Part shown: piece by piece, positions 31,701-47,700 of the stretch
Position numbering within the stretch: the stretch's first letter is position 1
Layout of the letters: each line of letters begins with the position of its first letter
DNA from: the human T2T-CHM13v2.0 reference genome, Homo sapiens
Assembly (NCBI RefSeq): GCF_009914755.1
Contig: NC_060930.1
Strand: one strand, 5' to 3'
DNA: 64,000 bases
Notes under the pieces: generated by a model
Databases searched by the model: none
What the model was told of the DNA's origin: nothing
What the model saw: only the letters and a program-made list of their open reading frames with translations
Program-made: the position numbers and the translations under genes

Positions 31701-32586
31701 ATGTTTGAGGGCTACAAGAGACTTGCATTCTTTACTTTCTTACTAAGGTATTTTATTTGAATTATTGCTTACCATTGATCATTTATTTTATCCAAGGAAC
31801 GGCTGAAAGTTCATTTTTCTGCTTCATTGTGTTTAGAGGTTAGAGATGTCTTCAAAACAGCTCAAGGATTTTCCTTTTCATCATCTCTAATGCATGCTAT
31901 TGTCAAAGGTTTATGGAGTTTTTGTTTTGTTTTTAATAACTTTTGGAAGAATTTATACAGGTGGATAACAAAATCTCTATACTCTGAAGGTGTTTTAAAA
32001 GCTGCTGCTTTTTTGTTATTTTACTTAAGCATGGGTTATTTCAAATAGCTCTTGGTAAACTTTCATTGAAATAATTTCTGTAGATTAAATATAGATAAGT
32101 AATATCAATAAATGCTCATTGAGCCCATGCAAATTGTTCATATGATATTGTGTATCATATTTTTCAACTATAATAAATATAAAAACTATTTATTATCTTC
32201 GATCACTGGGAATTTAGCGTTTTTTAAATCATGTTAATTTTCTGGATATACATGTTGTCCTTATTTATTCCATCTTTATTTTACATCATTGGGTTTTTTT
32301 TCCCTTCACTATTGATCACATCCTTAAACTCAAGATCAGCAAAGACATCATAATTTCATTTCAGAAAAGTAAAATTAGCATTGGAGTTTGGAACAGCAAA
32401 TAAATATTTATGGAAAAAATGTAATCGTTTATTATTTCAAATTATGAGAAAATAAGCATTTTATGCTTTGTAATGCCTCATACATCTTTAAATAATAAGT
32501 TATCAAATGTGCAGCTACTATTGGAAGATAGGATGAAAATGTTTTAGTGAAAGTCCTATGTTCCAAAGCGGCCTTGGAAAGTCTCT

Positions 32587-32929
<343 letters not shown>

Positions 32930-33119
32930 TCATCAAATTGTAAAATCAGAGCTAAATAACTCAGGATAAAGAGTGATATTTTCTTTTTGTGATAGTTTCT
33001 GTGAAGATTTCAAAACCTTTCACAGTACTTTACCTGCCTGACATGTCTGTCTTTCTTACCTCATATATGAATTTAGCTCACGATTAAAGCCTATTTTTCT
33101 TTTTCAAAAACTATGGTGA

Positions 33120-33470
<351 letters not shown>

Positions 33471-34117
33471 TCACTATCGTTATCCACCCTTTTAAAGTTA
33501 CTTTCTGGCATTATATTTTTATTCTATTTTTTGGAACAGAATAAGGAACAGAATGAGGAACAACTATTCATACCTTATTCTTAATACGTATAAAACATTA
33601 GTACCAGCACACTCTTCTTTTGCAGCCCTTTTTCCTTTTTCTGTCTTTCACTGTTACATATTCTAGCCCTACCAGGCATAGGTCAATAAGTGGTCATTTG
33701 TTTTTGCATTTAACAAATGTTGAGAAATGACTACTCTATACCAGTCACTAAACTAATCATAAGAGATATGCTCAGTCCCACAGTCTAGTGGGAAAGGTAG
33801 AATAAAACTAATACAGATGCAATAGGTCAAATGATGATAAAGTGTGCAGGAAACAATTTAGCTTACCTGATGCAGCTCATCTCTTTTCTATCTTTGGAAG
33901 GGCTTGCTTGTATAGCTGGCCCTGAAAATTTCTCCTCTGAAAACTCCCCTGTGTTACTAATTGTTAAGGTTATTTTATGTTTGTGGCACTTAAGCATACT
34001 GTACCAACTTGTCTAGCTAATTTGTGGAAATATGGTATATTGTGGACACCTGCTTTCCTTCTAGGTCTGGAGTTTCAGTAATGATGGCTTTCACACAGAC
34101 AGTATGTTCCTGTGTGA

Positions 34118-36369
<2,252 letters not shown>

Positions 36370-37194
36370 TTAATGTAATAAGTATAATCCTGTGAATAAA
36401 TACATCTAATCTGAACCCTTTTAGCAAATCACTGAATGAATAGTTGGTCATGGAACCCTCCCTGAACATAAAAGTAAATAAAAAAGATAAGCAGAGTAAA
36501 GGGGAGAGGAATGACAGCAATATGCTATTATTTTAGACAGGGTTTTTAGGAAGGCTTGCTCTAATAATGCCAGTAGAGACCTGATTAAATGACCCATCAA
36601 GTTAGGCAATACATGGAGGAAGAATGTTCCAGCTAGAGACAACAGCAAGTGCAAAGACCATAGAATATTACAAGTTTGATGGTTCCAGTGTGACTAGAGC
36701 TTCAGAAGTGAGGTGGAGAGATATATGATAGAGTTTAAAAAGATAGTCCAGGCACAGACCATGTTTAATGTCAAAGGAATTAAATGAAAACTTACAATAT
36801 CTTACTTCTCAATGCTCAAGAAATCAACAAATATATTTAAATGATTTATGTTGCAAAAGGTAGATAATACATTGGCACATGAATCTTTTCTTGCTAAATG
36901 AATCTAAAAAACATCTCTCATTAAGGAACATTGTATTCAGATCTTATAAACCTTACAAATAAGGGAACTAAAGTTTTTCTCTAGGTGTTAAATAATAAGA
37001 TCTATATATTATGAATAAGATTAATGACCAGTAGGGCAAATTAAAAGATTATCTAACTATGTGACTATAGATTTTGAAAAGAAACAAAACCTGAAGTCAA
37101 ATTTATCTGAGAATAATTTCAAGGATGTTAAGTAGATGCACTATTTGAGAATTTACAGAGTATTTGATTAATTGAACTAGAGTACAACATAAAA

Positions 37195-37557
37195 TCATCT
37201 TGGGCCAAGGGTGTGAACATTCATTTTGTAACAAATGAAGTGCAACACGTGCCTGTGACCAGGGAACCAAATGATCCTATTAAATAGCACACCACCCAGA
37301 AGCTGCCAATTAGTGCAATGGAACAGACTTTGGAAGGGTCTTGTGAAGTGTGAACTTGGAGATGACACCATGCAGCATGGGATGCTATTCTTCAGATGCA
37401 GTATGCACCTGGCATAAGAAAGCTGGTCTGTGGTAGATAATATGCTTATTTCCAGGGCTTTCTAGAGCCATAGGAGTGATACTTGGCCCCCAAAAGAATA
37501 AAATGTAACCACTGGTGATTTATAATGATCTGTTTTAAATCTGAAAGTCCCCTGAAG
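37195..37557 (+). mobile_element. Degenerate ERVL/MaLR internal integrase-like remnant
   Basis: gggccaaggg..cattttgtaacaaatgaagtgcaac..caccaccagaagctgcc..atggaacagactttggaag tracks the ERVL motif DQGTHFTAKEVQQWA...HHPEAAGLIERWNGLLK. Confidence 0.5.
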
Positions 37558-37562
37558 TCACC

Positions 37563-37925
37563 TGATAGGATTTGGCTGTGACCCCACCCAAATCTCATCT
37601 TGAACTGTAATAATCTCCATGTGGGATTATTACACATGTGGTGCGGCCAGGTGGAGATAATCGAATCATGGGGGCAGTTTCTCCCATAGTGTTCTCCTAG
37701 TAGTAAGTAAGTCTCAAGTGATCTGATGGTTTTATAAAGGGGAGTTCCCCTGCAAAAGCTCTCTTACCTGCTGCCATGTAGGACATCCCTTTGCTCTTCG
37801 TCTTCCACCATGATTGTGAGGCCTCCCCAGCCATGTGGAACTGTGAGTCCATTCAACCTCACTTTCTAATAAATTACCCAGTCTTAGGTATGTCTTTATT
37901 AGTAGCATAAGAACTGACTACTACA
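37563..37925 (+). mobile_element. THE1 (C/D-like) solo LTR
   Basis: tgataggatttggctgtg...gaactgactactaca, with a perfect 5-bp TSD TCACC at 37558-37562 and 37926-37930. Confidence 0.93.
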
Positions 37926-40280
37926 TCACCCTGTACTAACTTGTTTGCATTGTTTATTGAAAATGTACTGAATGGTGGTTTGCACCTGTTTAAACATGTT
38001 ACATAGAACAAAGAGTATAAAAACCCTCAGTAAACTTATACCTTAGCTTACCTGAGAGTAATATAACTGCTTGGTTCATAATCTGAAGGTGAAGTACATT
38101 CTTTGCAAAAAACCCAGGTTGCTGTGTCTGGAAGTTTTTTGACCTTTCTATGTTTCCCTGTATTTTCTTTTTCATGCTGTGTCATTTCCTTTTCCGATAC
38201 TAAAGCCTGTATGAGGATACTTTGTGGATTCTCAGCAATTATTCAACCCTGTATAATTTCTGCTCATTCCAAGTTAACAACCATATTATAATGCTGTGTC
38301 CACATAATGAAATTCATGGTCTGAAAACCAAGAGGTAGAACTCAGTCGTCTGTTTACTTATAATGAGGCGTCAACAAATATAAATTACTTTTTAATTCAG
38401 TAATTTAATTTAATTGAGGGTATATTAACAACAGGTTGATATACAATGTCATGTGATGCATATATTGTGAACAAAGGCACACTGCTTTGCCCTTGTCAAC
38501 TGACAATCTAATGAAGGTAGACATTAAATAACATAAAATATTTTGGAACTATCATAAGTGCCACAAGGATATTATATTTATCATTTATTTATACTCATTT
38601 GTATTACCAATAATCAAATGAAATGAATTTTTAATCTTTTCTAAGCCAAATATATGATGTGTATGTGACATGTATTCATATAATTTAATATATTCTATTA
38701 TGAAAATTGAAGTGCATGATATTTAGGTTTCAAAATTATTTCTGTAAATGGTTAATAGTACTAAAGAATGTTATTAAAGAAGTAGCAATAAAAGTGCTGC
38801 AATGATTTTTTTTTAGTTTAATGGTCTTTTCAAAGTCATCTCCAGAAGCAGAAAATACCATAGATATTGATGGAAAATGTGAATTTAATCAAGAAATAAA
38901 ATATCTGTATATTTTAAAAGGCATTGAATACGCTCAAACAAGCAGCTTCTGCATAGCTTTAATCTCTTCTTTAAAGAAAGTTTATGACTATAATACAAAT
39001 CAAATTTATTTTTATATGAGCAATTTTAAAAGAGAATGAAGGAGACTGCGCAGACCTTTGGAACAATATGGCTTCTATTCTTTACTTAGGCTTCGCTGGT
39101 TTTATTTCTTGCTAAGTGACTTGGTGATACAAAGGCAACAGAGCAATTTATTATTTTTATTATACAACATTTCATATTACATAGAGATATTGTCATTGAA
39201 AAAATTGGCTTCTGCCTCCAGTTGCAATAACAAAATGACAGCTTTTATGATAAACTTGATACTCACCAAGCTCCTCCGTCTGTTTCTTCTAGTCCTTGGG
39301 TCACTGGTGCCCTGAAAACTACACAATCATATTCATTAGCAATAGTTCTTGTTTATTAGATATTTCTGTTTCTGGCTTTATTCTAATCTGCTTGTCAGTC
39401 ATAATTGCCAACAATTTATTGAGACAAATCATAGCCTGTCATACTATTTGGAACCACATAATATGATAGCCTTTGCATTAATTCAAATATCTGATTCCAG
39501 CTGCTCAATTGTATGAATAAATTATAGTGGAAGTCCAAAATGCTTATGGCCACTGGAAGTCTCTCATTTAACATTCAACTTGTCATTTGCATTATTTTAA
39601 CTTAAAATACAAGATAGTCCCCTGGCATATTGGCTGGAATTATGTATAAAGCAATTTAGAAATTATGTGATAGGTTCAAGAAACTTAAAAAAAAAATCCC
39701 TAGCTTAACTGAAACATAATAAATCTACCCTCTCATTACTTCATTTTCGATGTGGACGCATTGTTTTATGACAGCATTGTAAAACTGAAGTGTCTACAAT
39801 ATGTTTTAAAACTGCAACAATTGAGAAAGCAGAGGTAATTAGGAAGCTTACTAGGGATTTAAATGTGAGTGTTTTAATGACCTTCAGCCATCCCCAAAGT
39901 AATTAAAGACAGAGGAAAAATAATTGAGGTTGATTTGCTTTCAATAAGTGAGTAGTTCCTGATTTGAAAGATTATAGATATTTTTATACTTCCACAATGC
40001 AAAACTTTCTCAAAAAATAAATTACCTTGAGAAGATGCTTAAAAGGCACATACTTATTCTGTGAGGTTGCCTTAACATCCACCTAATTCTAGTTATTCAA
40101 ATACTTCACATCTATCTTAATAAATGTTATTTGATTGAATTCCAAATCACTCAATATTTTACATATTATTTATAATAGTTTTGTGTTTCATATTGTTCTA
40201 TCTTTCCAAAGCTTAATGGTTATTATTGACTCACTGACATATGCCATGCTTTCTGTTGTTAGCTACCACTTTAAAAAGAG

Positions 40281-43200
40281 GAATGCTTGTGATTTTTGCA
40301 CATTGATTTTGTATCCTGAGACTTTACTGAAGTTTCTTATCAGTTTAAGGAATTTTGGGGCTGAGATGATGGGGTTTTTCTAAATATAAAATCATGTCAT
40401 CTGCAAACAGAGACAACTTGACTTTCTCTCTTTCTATTTGAATATCCTTTATTTCCTTCTCTTGCCTGATTGCCCTGGCCAGAACTTCCAATACAATGTT
40501 GAATAGGATTGGTGAGAGAGGGCATCCTTGTCTTGTACCGGTTTTCAAAGGGAATGCTTTCAGCTTTAGCCCATTCAATATGATATTTGCTGTGGGTTTG
40601 TCATAGATAGCTATTATTTTGAGGTATGTTCTATCAGTACCTAGTTTGTTGAGAGTTTTTAACATGAAGGAATGTTGAATTTTAACAAAGGCATTTTCTG
40701 CATCTATTGAGATAATCATGTAGTTTTTGTCTTTGATTCTGTTTATTTGATGGATTATGTTTATTCATTTGTGTATATTGAAAGTATACGCCTTGCATCC
40801 CAGGGATGAAGCTGACTTGATCATAGTGGATAGGTTTTTTGATCTAATGCTGGATTCTGTTTACCAGTATTTTATTGAGGATTTTTCGCATTAATGTTCA
40901 TTAGGGATATTGGCCTGAAGTTTTCTTTTTTCTTGTGCTCTTCCCAGTTTTTGTACCAGGATGATGCTGGCTTTATAAAATGAGCTAAGGAAGAGTCCCT
41001 CTTTTTCAATTGTTTGGAATAGTTTCAGAAGGAATGGTACCAGTTCTTCTTTGTATTTCTGGTAGATTTCAGCTGTGAATCTGTCTGGTCCTGGCCTTTT
41101 TTGGGGTGGTACGCTATTAATTACTGCCTCAATTTCAGAGCTTGTTATTGGTCTGTTCAGGGATTTAACTACTTCCTGGTTTAGTATTGGTAGGGTGTAT
41201 GTGTCCAGGAATTTATCCATTTCTTCTAGATTTTCTCGTTCATTTGTGTAGAGGTGTTTATAGTATTCTCTGATGGTAGTTTGTATTTCTGTGGGGTCAG
41301 TGGTGATATCCCCTTTATCATTTTTTATTGTGTTTATTGGATTCTTCTCTCTCTTATACTTTATTAGTCTAGCTAGCTGTCTATCTATTTTGTTAATTTT
41401 TTAGAAAAAAAACAGCTCCTGGATTCACTGATTTTTTGAAGGTTTTTTTTTTTGTCCCTATCTCCTTAAATTGTTCTCTGATCTTAGTTATTTCTTGCCC
41501 TCTGCTAGCTTTTGGATTAGTTTGCACTTGCTTCTCTAGCACTTTTAATTGTGATGTGAGGATGTCGATTTGAGATCTTTCTAGCTTTCTGATGTGGGCA
41601 TTTAATGCTATAAATTTCCCTCTTAACACTCTTTCAGCTGTATCCCAGATATCCTGGTGTGTTGTCTCTTTGTTCTCATTTGTTTCAAAGAGCTTCTTGA
41701 TTTCTGCCATAATTTCATTATTTCCCCAGGAGTCATTTAGGGGCAGGTTGTTCAATTTCCATGAAATTGTGTGGTTTTGAGTGAGTTTCTTAATCCTGAG
41801 TTCTAATTTGATTGCACTGTGGTCTGAGAGACAGTTTGTTATGATTTGAGTTCTTTTGCATTTGCTGAGGAGTGTTTTACTTCCAATTATGTGGTCGATT
41901 TTAGAATAAGTGCCATGTAGCACTGAGAACAATGAATATTCTGTTTATTTGAGGTAGAGGGTTTTGCAGACCTCTACTAGGTCCACTTCATCCAGAGCTG
42001 AATTCAAGTTCTGAATACCCTTGTTAATTTTCTGTCTCATTGATCTGTGTAATACTGAAAGCAGAGTGTTAAAATCTCTCACTAGTCTTGTATGAGAATC
42101 TAAGTCTCTTTGTCAGTCTCTAAGTACTTCTTTTACGAATTTGGGTGCTGCTGTATTGGGTGCATATATATTTAGAATAGTTAGCTATTCTTGTTTAATT
42201 GTTCCCTTTACCATATGTAATGCCCTTCTTTGTCTTTTTAGATTTTTGTTGGCTTAAAGTCTGTTTTTTTATAGACTAGGATTGCAACCCCTGCTTTTTT
42301 TTTTTCTATCCATTTGCTTGGTAAATTTTCCTCCATCCCTTTATTTTGAGCCTGTGTGTGTCTTTGCAAGTAAGATGAGTCTCCTGAATACAGCACACCC
42401 ATGGGTCCTGACTCATCCAGTTTGCCAGTCTGTGTCTTTTAATTGGGGCATTTAGCCCATTTACATGTATGGTTAGTATTTTTATGTGTGAATTTGATTG
42501 TCATCGTGATGCTATTTGGTTATTTTGCACACTAGTTGCAGTTTTTGGTAACGTCATTGGTCTTTTATTTTGGTGTGTTTTTGTTATTTTGTTTGTGTTG
42601 GTGTGTTTGTGTTATTTTGGCTGGTATTGGTTTTTCCTTTCCATATTTAGTGCTTCTTTCAGGAGCTTCTGCAGGGCAGGCCTGGTGGTAATGAAATCCC
42701 TCAGCATTTGCTTGTCTGAAGAGGATTTTATTGCTCCTTCACTTATGAAGCTTAGTTTGGATGGATATCAAAATCAGTGTTGAAAATTATATTCTTTAAG
42801 AATGTTGAATATTGTCCCCCAATCTCTTCTGGCTTGTAGAGTTTCTGCTGAAAGGTCTGCTGTTAGTCTGATGGGCTGCCCTTTGTAGGTTACCTGGCCT
42901 TTCTCTCTGCCTGCCCTTAAGAGATTTTCCTTCATTTCGACCTTGGGGAATCTAAAGATTATGTGTCTTGGAGTTGATCTTCCCATGGAGTATCTTAATG
43001 GTGTTTTCTGTATTTCCTGAATTTGCATGATAGCCTGTCTTGCTAGGTTGGGGAAGTTCTCCGGGAAAATATCCTGAAGTCTGTTTTCCAGCTTGTTTCC
43101 ATTCTCCCTGTCTCCTTCTGGTACTCCAATCAATCATAGGTTCAGTCTTTTTTTGAAGTCCCATATTTCCTGGAGGCTTTGTTCATTCCTTTTTATTCTT

Positions 43201-46200
43201 TTTTCTCTATTCTTGTCTGTATGTCTTATTTCAGTAAGGTGGTCTTCAAACTGATATCCTTTCTTCTGCGTGGTCGATTTGGCTGTTAATACTTGTGTAT
43301 GCTTCACGAAGTTCTCTTGTTGTGTTTTTCAACTCCATCAGGTCCTTTAAGTTCCTCTCTAAACTGGTTATTCTAGTTAGCAATTCCTCTAACTTTTTAT
43401 CAAGGTTCTTAGCTTCTTTGCGTTGGGTTAGAACATCCTCCTTTAGCTCATCGTAGTTTTTTATTACCCTTCTTGTGAAGCCTACTTCTGTCAATTCATC
43501 TATCTGATTCTCTGTCCAGTTCTGCGGCCTTGATGGAGAGACATAGTGATCATTTGCAGGAGAAGAGGCTCTCTGGCCTTTTGGGTTTTCAGCACTATTT
43601 TCACTGATTCTTTCTCATCTTCAGGAGTTTATCTAGTTTTGGTCTTTCAGGCTGCTAACCTTTGGATGGGGTTTTGTGGGGGCCTTTTTGTTGTTATTGT
43701 TGATGCTGTTGTCACTTTCTGCTTGTTTTTTGTTTCAATACTCAGGTCACTATTCTGTAGGATAGTTTTTGATTTGACATTTAAGTGTTTAATCCATCTT
43801 GAGTTGATGTTTATGTATGGTGTAAGGAAAGGGTCCGGTTTCGGTTTTCTGCATGTGGCTAGCCAGTTCTCCCAGCACCATTTACTAAATAGGGAATCCT
43901 CTCCCCATTGCTTGTTTTTTGTCAGGTTTGTCAAAGATCAGATGGCTGTAGGTGTGCAGATTTATTTCTGGGTTTTCTATTTTGTTCCATTGGTCTATGT
44001 GTCTGTTCTTGTACCAGTACCATGCTGTTTTGGTTACTGTACCCCCGTAGCATAATATGAAGTCAGGTATCCTGATGTCTCCAGCTTTCTTCTTTTTGTC
44101 TAGGATTGCCTTTGCTATTTGGCTTCTTTTTTGATTTCATATGAATTTTAAAATAGTTTTTTTTCTATTTTCTGGGGGTTCACTCCAGACCCTTTTCATC
44201 TGAATCACTCCCATGCCTAGAATGTCACTCAAGGAGTCTAGAGAGCATCAAAGATGGGTGTCTGCTCCTTCTTCTGGGACCTCTGACCTTGAGGAGCACC
44301 AACCTGATGCCAGTAGGATTGCTCCTGTATAGGGTATCTGACAACCCCTGTTGGAGGGTCTCACCCAGTTGGGTGGCATGAGGAGCAGAATCCATTTGTC
44401 CCTTGATGGAGAGGGTATGATTCACTTGGGTAAAACCCACTCCTCTGGGCTGCCCGGATTTCTCAAAACTACCAGGAGGAGAGGCTAAGTCTGCTGGTCC
44501 ACAGAGACTGTGGCCACCCCTCCTACTAGGGTCTCAGGCCTTGGGAGATCAGAATTCTGTCTCTGAGCCTCTAGCTGGCATTATCTGGAGATCCTGCAGG
44601 GAAGCCGGGGCCACTGAGAAAGGATAGGTCAGGGTTAGGCCTGAATAGGCACTCTGGCTGCAGACTGCCACAGCTGGTGTGTTGGGCTGTGGGGACAAAT
44701 CTTGGGACCAAGCCATCCAGTCTTCCTGGCTCCAGCAGGGGAAAAGTGCAGCCTGGACCTATAGAAATGGGTGCCATTCTTCCCCCACCCTTGGAGCTTA
44801 GTGTGTTAGGCAGTTGTGAGAGCCAAATCATGAATAAACTCCCATTCACAATTGCCGCAAAAGGATACCTAGGAATACAGCTAACAAGGGAAGTGAAGAC
44901 CTCTTCAAGGAGAACTACAAACTCCTGCTCAAAAACAGCAGAGATTACACAAACAAATGGAACAACATTCCATGCTCATAGATGGGAAGAATCAATATTG
45001 TAAAACTGGGATACTTCCCAAAGCAATTTGTAGATTCCATGCTATTCCATTAAACTACCATTGACATTATTCACAGAATTAGAAAAAAAAAACTATTTTA
45101 AAATTCATATGAAATCAAAAAAGAAGCCAAATAGCAAAGGCAATCCTAGACAAAAAGAAGAAAGCTGGAGACATCAGGATACCTGACTTCATATTATGCT
45201 ATGGGGGTACAGTAACCAAAACAGCATGGTACTGGTACAAGAACAGACACATAGACCAATGGAACAGAATAGAAAACCCAGAAATAAATCTGCACACCTA
45301 CAACCATCTGATCTTTGACAAACCTGACAAAAAACAAGCAATGTGGAGAGGATTCCCTATTTAATAAATGGTGCTGGGAGAACTGGCTAGCCACATGCAG
45401 AAAACTAAAACCGGACCCTTTCCTTACACCACATATAAACATCAACTCGAGATGGATTAAACACTTAAATGTAAAATAAAAAACTATAAAAACCCTAGAA
45501 GAAAACCTAGACAATACCATTCAGGACATAGGCATTGGCCAATATTTCATGACAAAGATGCAAAAGCAATTGCAATAAAGGGAAAAATTGACAAATGGAA
45601 ACTAAAGAGCTCTCTGTACAGTAAAGGAAACTATCAACAGAGAAAACAGACAGCATACAGAATAGGAGAAATTTTTTGCAACTTATGCATTTAACTTACA
45701 AAGGTCTAAAATCCAGCATCTATAAGGAACTTATACAAATTTACAAATAAAGAAAAACAACCTCATTAAAAAGTGGGCAAAGGACATGGACAGACACTTA
45801 TCAAAAAAAGACATACATGCAGCCAACAAACATAAAAACAAATCTCAACATTACTGATCAATAGAAAAATGCAAATCAAAACCACAATGAGATACCATCT
45901 TACATCAGTCAGAATGTCTATTTTTAAAAGTCAAAAAATAACAGATGCTGGAAAGGTTGCAGAGAAAAGAGAATGCTTATACACCACTGGTGGGAGTGTA
46001 AATTAGTTAAACCATTGTGGAAGTCAGTGTGGTGATGCCTCAAAGCCCTACAGGAAGAAATACCATTCGGCCCAGGAATCCCATTACTCAATATAAACCC
46101 AAAGGAATATAAATTGTTCTAGGCTAAAGACACATGCATGCATATATTCATGGCAGCACTATTCACAAAAGCAAAGACATGGAATCCACCTAAATGCTCA

Positions 46201-46617
46201 TCAATGATAGACTGGATAAAGAAAATGTAGCTCATATATGCCATGGACTACTATGCAGCCATGAAAAGGAACGAGATGACGTTCTTTTCAGGGACATGGG
46301 TGGAACTAGAGACCATTGTACTTAGCAAAGTAACACAGGAACAGAAAAACAAATACTGCATGTTCTCACTTATAAGTGGGAGCTAAGTGATGAGAACACA
46401 TGGACACACAGGGGGAACAACACACACTGGGGCCTGTTGGAGGAGGAGTGGGTGGGAGGAGGGAGAGGTTCAGGAAGAATATCTAGTGGATGCTGGGCTT
46501 AATACCTGGGTGATGAGATGATCTGTGCAGCAAACCACAATGGCACACATTTACCTATGTAACAAACCCACACCCTGGACATGTACCCTTGAACTTAAAA
46601 TAAAAATTGGAATTAAA
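40281..46617. mobile_element. Near-full-length L1PA10-12-like LINE-1 with ~4.5 kb 5' inversion
   Basis: Minus-strand ORF2(5')-ORF1-5'UTR at 40281-~44817, then plus-strand ORF2(3')-3'UTR-poly(A) at ~44818-46617. TSD AAAAAGAG (40273-40280, 46618-46625) lies at a TT/AAAA site. Confidence 0.92.
43762..45487. repeat. Inverted repeat with ~410-bp arms (43762-44174 vs 45074-45487) and ~900-bp spacer
   Basis: About 12 substitutions plus small indels by eye (~97% identity). ORFs 43546..44055(+) and 45194..45520(-) share near-identical peptide. Confidence 0.95.
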
Positions 46618-46734
46618 AAAAAGAGATGCCTGAAGTATTACCAAATATTATTGAAGGTAATAATCAGGTAGCATGATTTAGATTTTGTAGTGCTTTTTAA
46701 ACTTCCTTTCTTGTTCTCCTTACTTTGATTTTTC

Positions 46735-47700
46735 AGATTTATTTTTAGCTCTATTATAATTGATAGACAGTAAACTCAATATCACTAAACTGTACACTTT
46801 GATAAAATTTAACATGGGTATACATCACTGAAGTCACCACCACCACCACAGTACCTCTAAAACTTTCCTCTTACCACTTTGTAATGGCTCCTTACTGATC
46901 TTTTGCTTCTTCACCTCCTATCCACACTGACATGCATTTTCTAGAATTGCATTTAGATTGAGTTATGCATATCTTTTCTTTTTTTAATATTCCTTCATTT
47001 ACCCAATACACTTATTTTGGGATTTATCCATGTTGTTTATATATAAAGACATAGTTTATTCATTTATACTATTGAATAGTATTCCATTGAATGAATATAC
47101 AACATTTTTTTAATCCATCCTCTGATTAATGAATATGTGGGTTGTTTCCAGGTTTTACTATTACAAATAAATCTGCAATGGACATTCATGCTTAAGTCTT
47201 TGGGAGGAAGCATACTTTTATTTTCCTTCAATAAGTTCTAAAAGAGGAATGGCTGGATTGTATGACATATGTTTTACATTTTAAATAATTTCCAAGTCTT
47301 TTTCTCATATAGTTATAGTATTTCATAGTCCCACCAGTAATGCATGAGGGTTCTAGTTACTCCATAACCTTTTCTGCATTTGATGTGGCCAATGTTTTGG
47401 ATTTTACCCACTCTGGTGTGTGTACTGGTATCTACTTACAGTTTTAATTTTTATTTCCCTAGTGACAATGGTATGCATGTATTCATGTACTTATTTTTCA
47501 TTCATTTTTGGTTGCTTATTGATAGATCAATTGATTTTTTGCTGGTGTATTTTTATGAATATTCTTGAGCTTTCCCCCCCATCCTTTGTGTTTCAAATTC
47601 CAATAAATACATTGCTCCAATATAGTACTGGTATTTTGCTAATTTCCAAATATTCATTTAAAGTCACTTGTTCCAGTATTATATTTTCAATGTTCTACTT
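46735..47700 (-). mobile_element. Old L1M (L1MC/MD-like) 3' fragment
   Basis: attgaatagtattccattgaatgaatatac...gggttgtttccagg...cccaccagtaatgcatgagggttctagtt. Confidence 0.75.

Noticed and set aside
44677-45003. Second junction-spanning ORF entering the ORF2 frame (…LGSC|[10 protein letters not shown])
   Set aside because: The upstream part is not a recognised ORF0 and the frame breaks soon after the junction. A short open frame across a junction is expected by chance.
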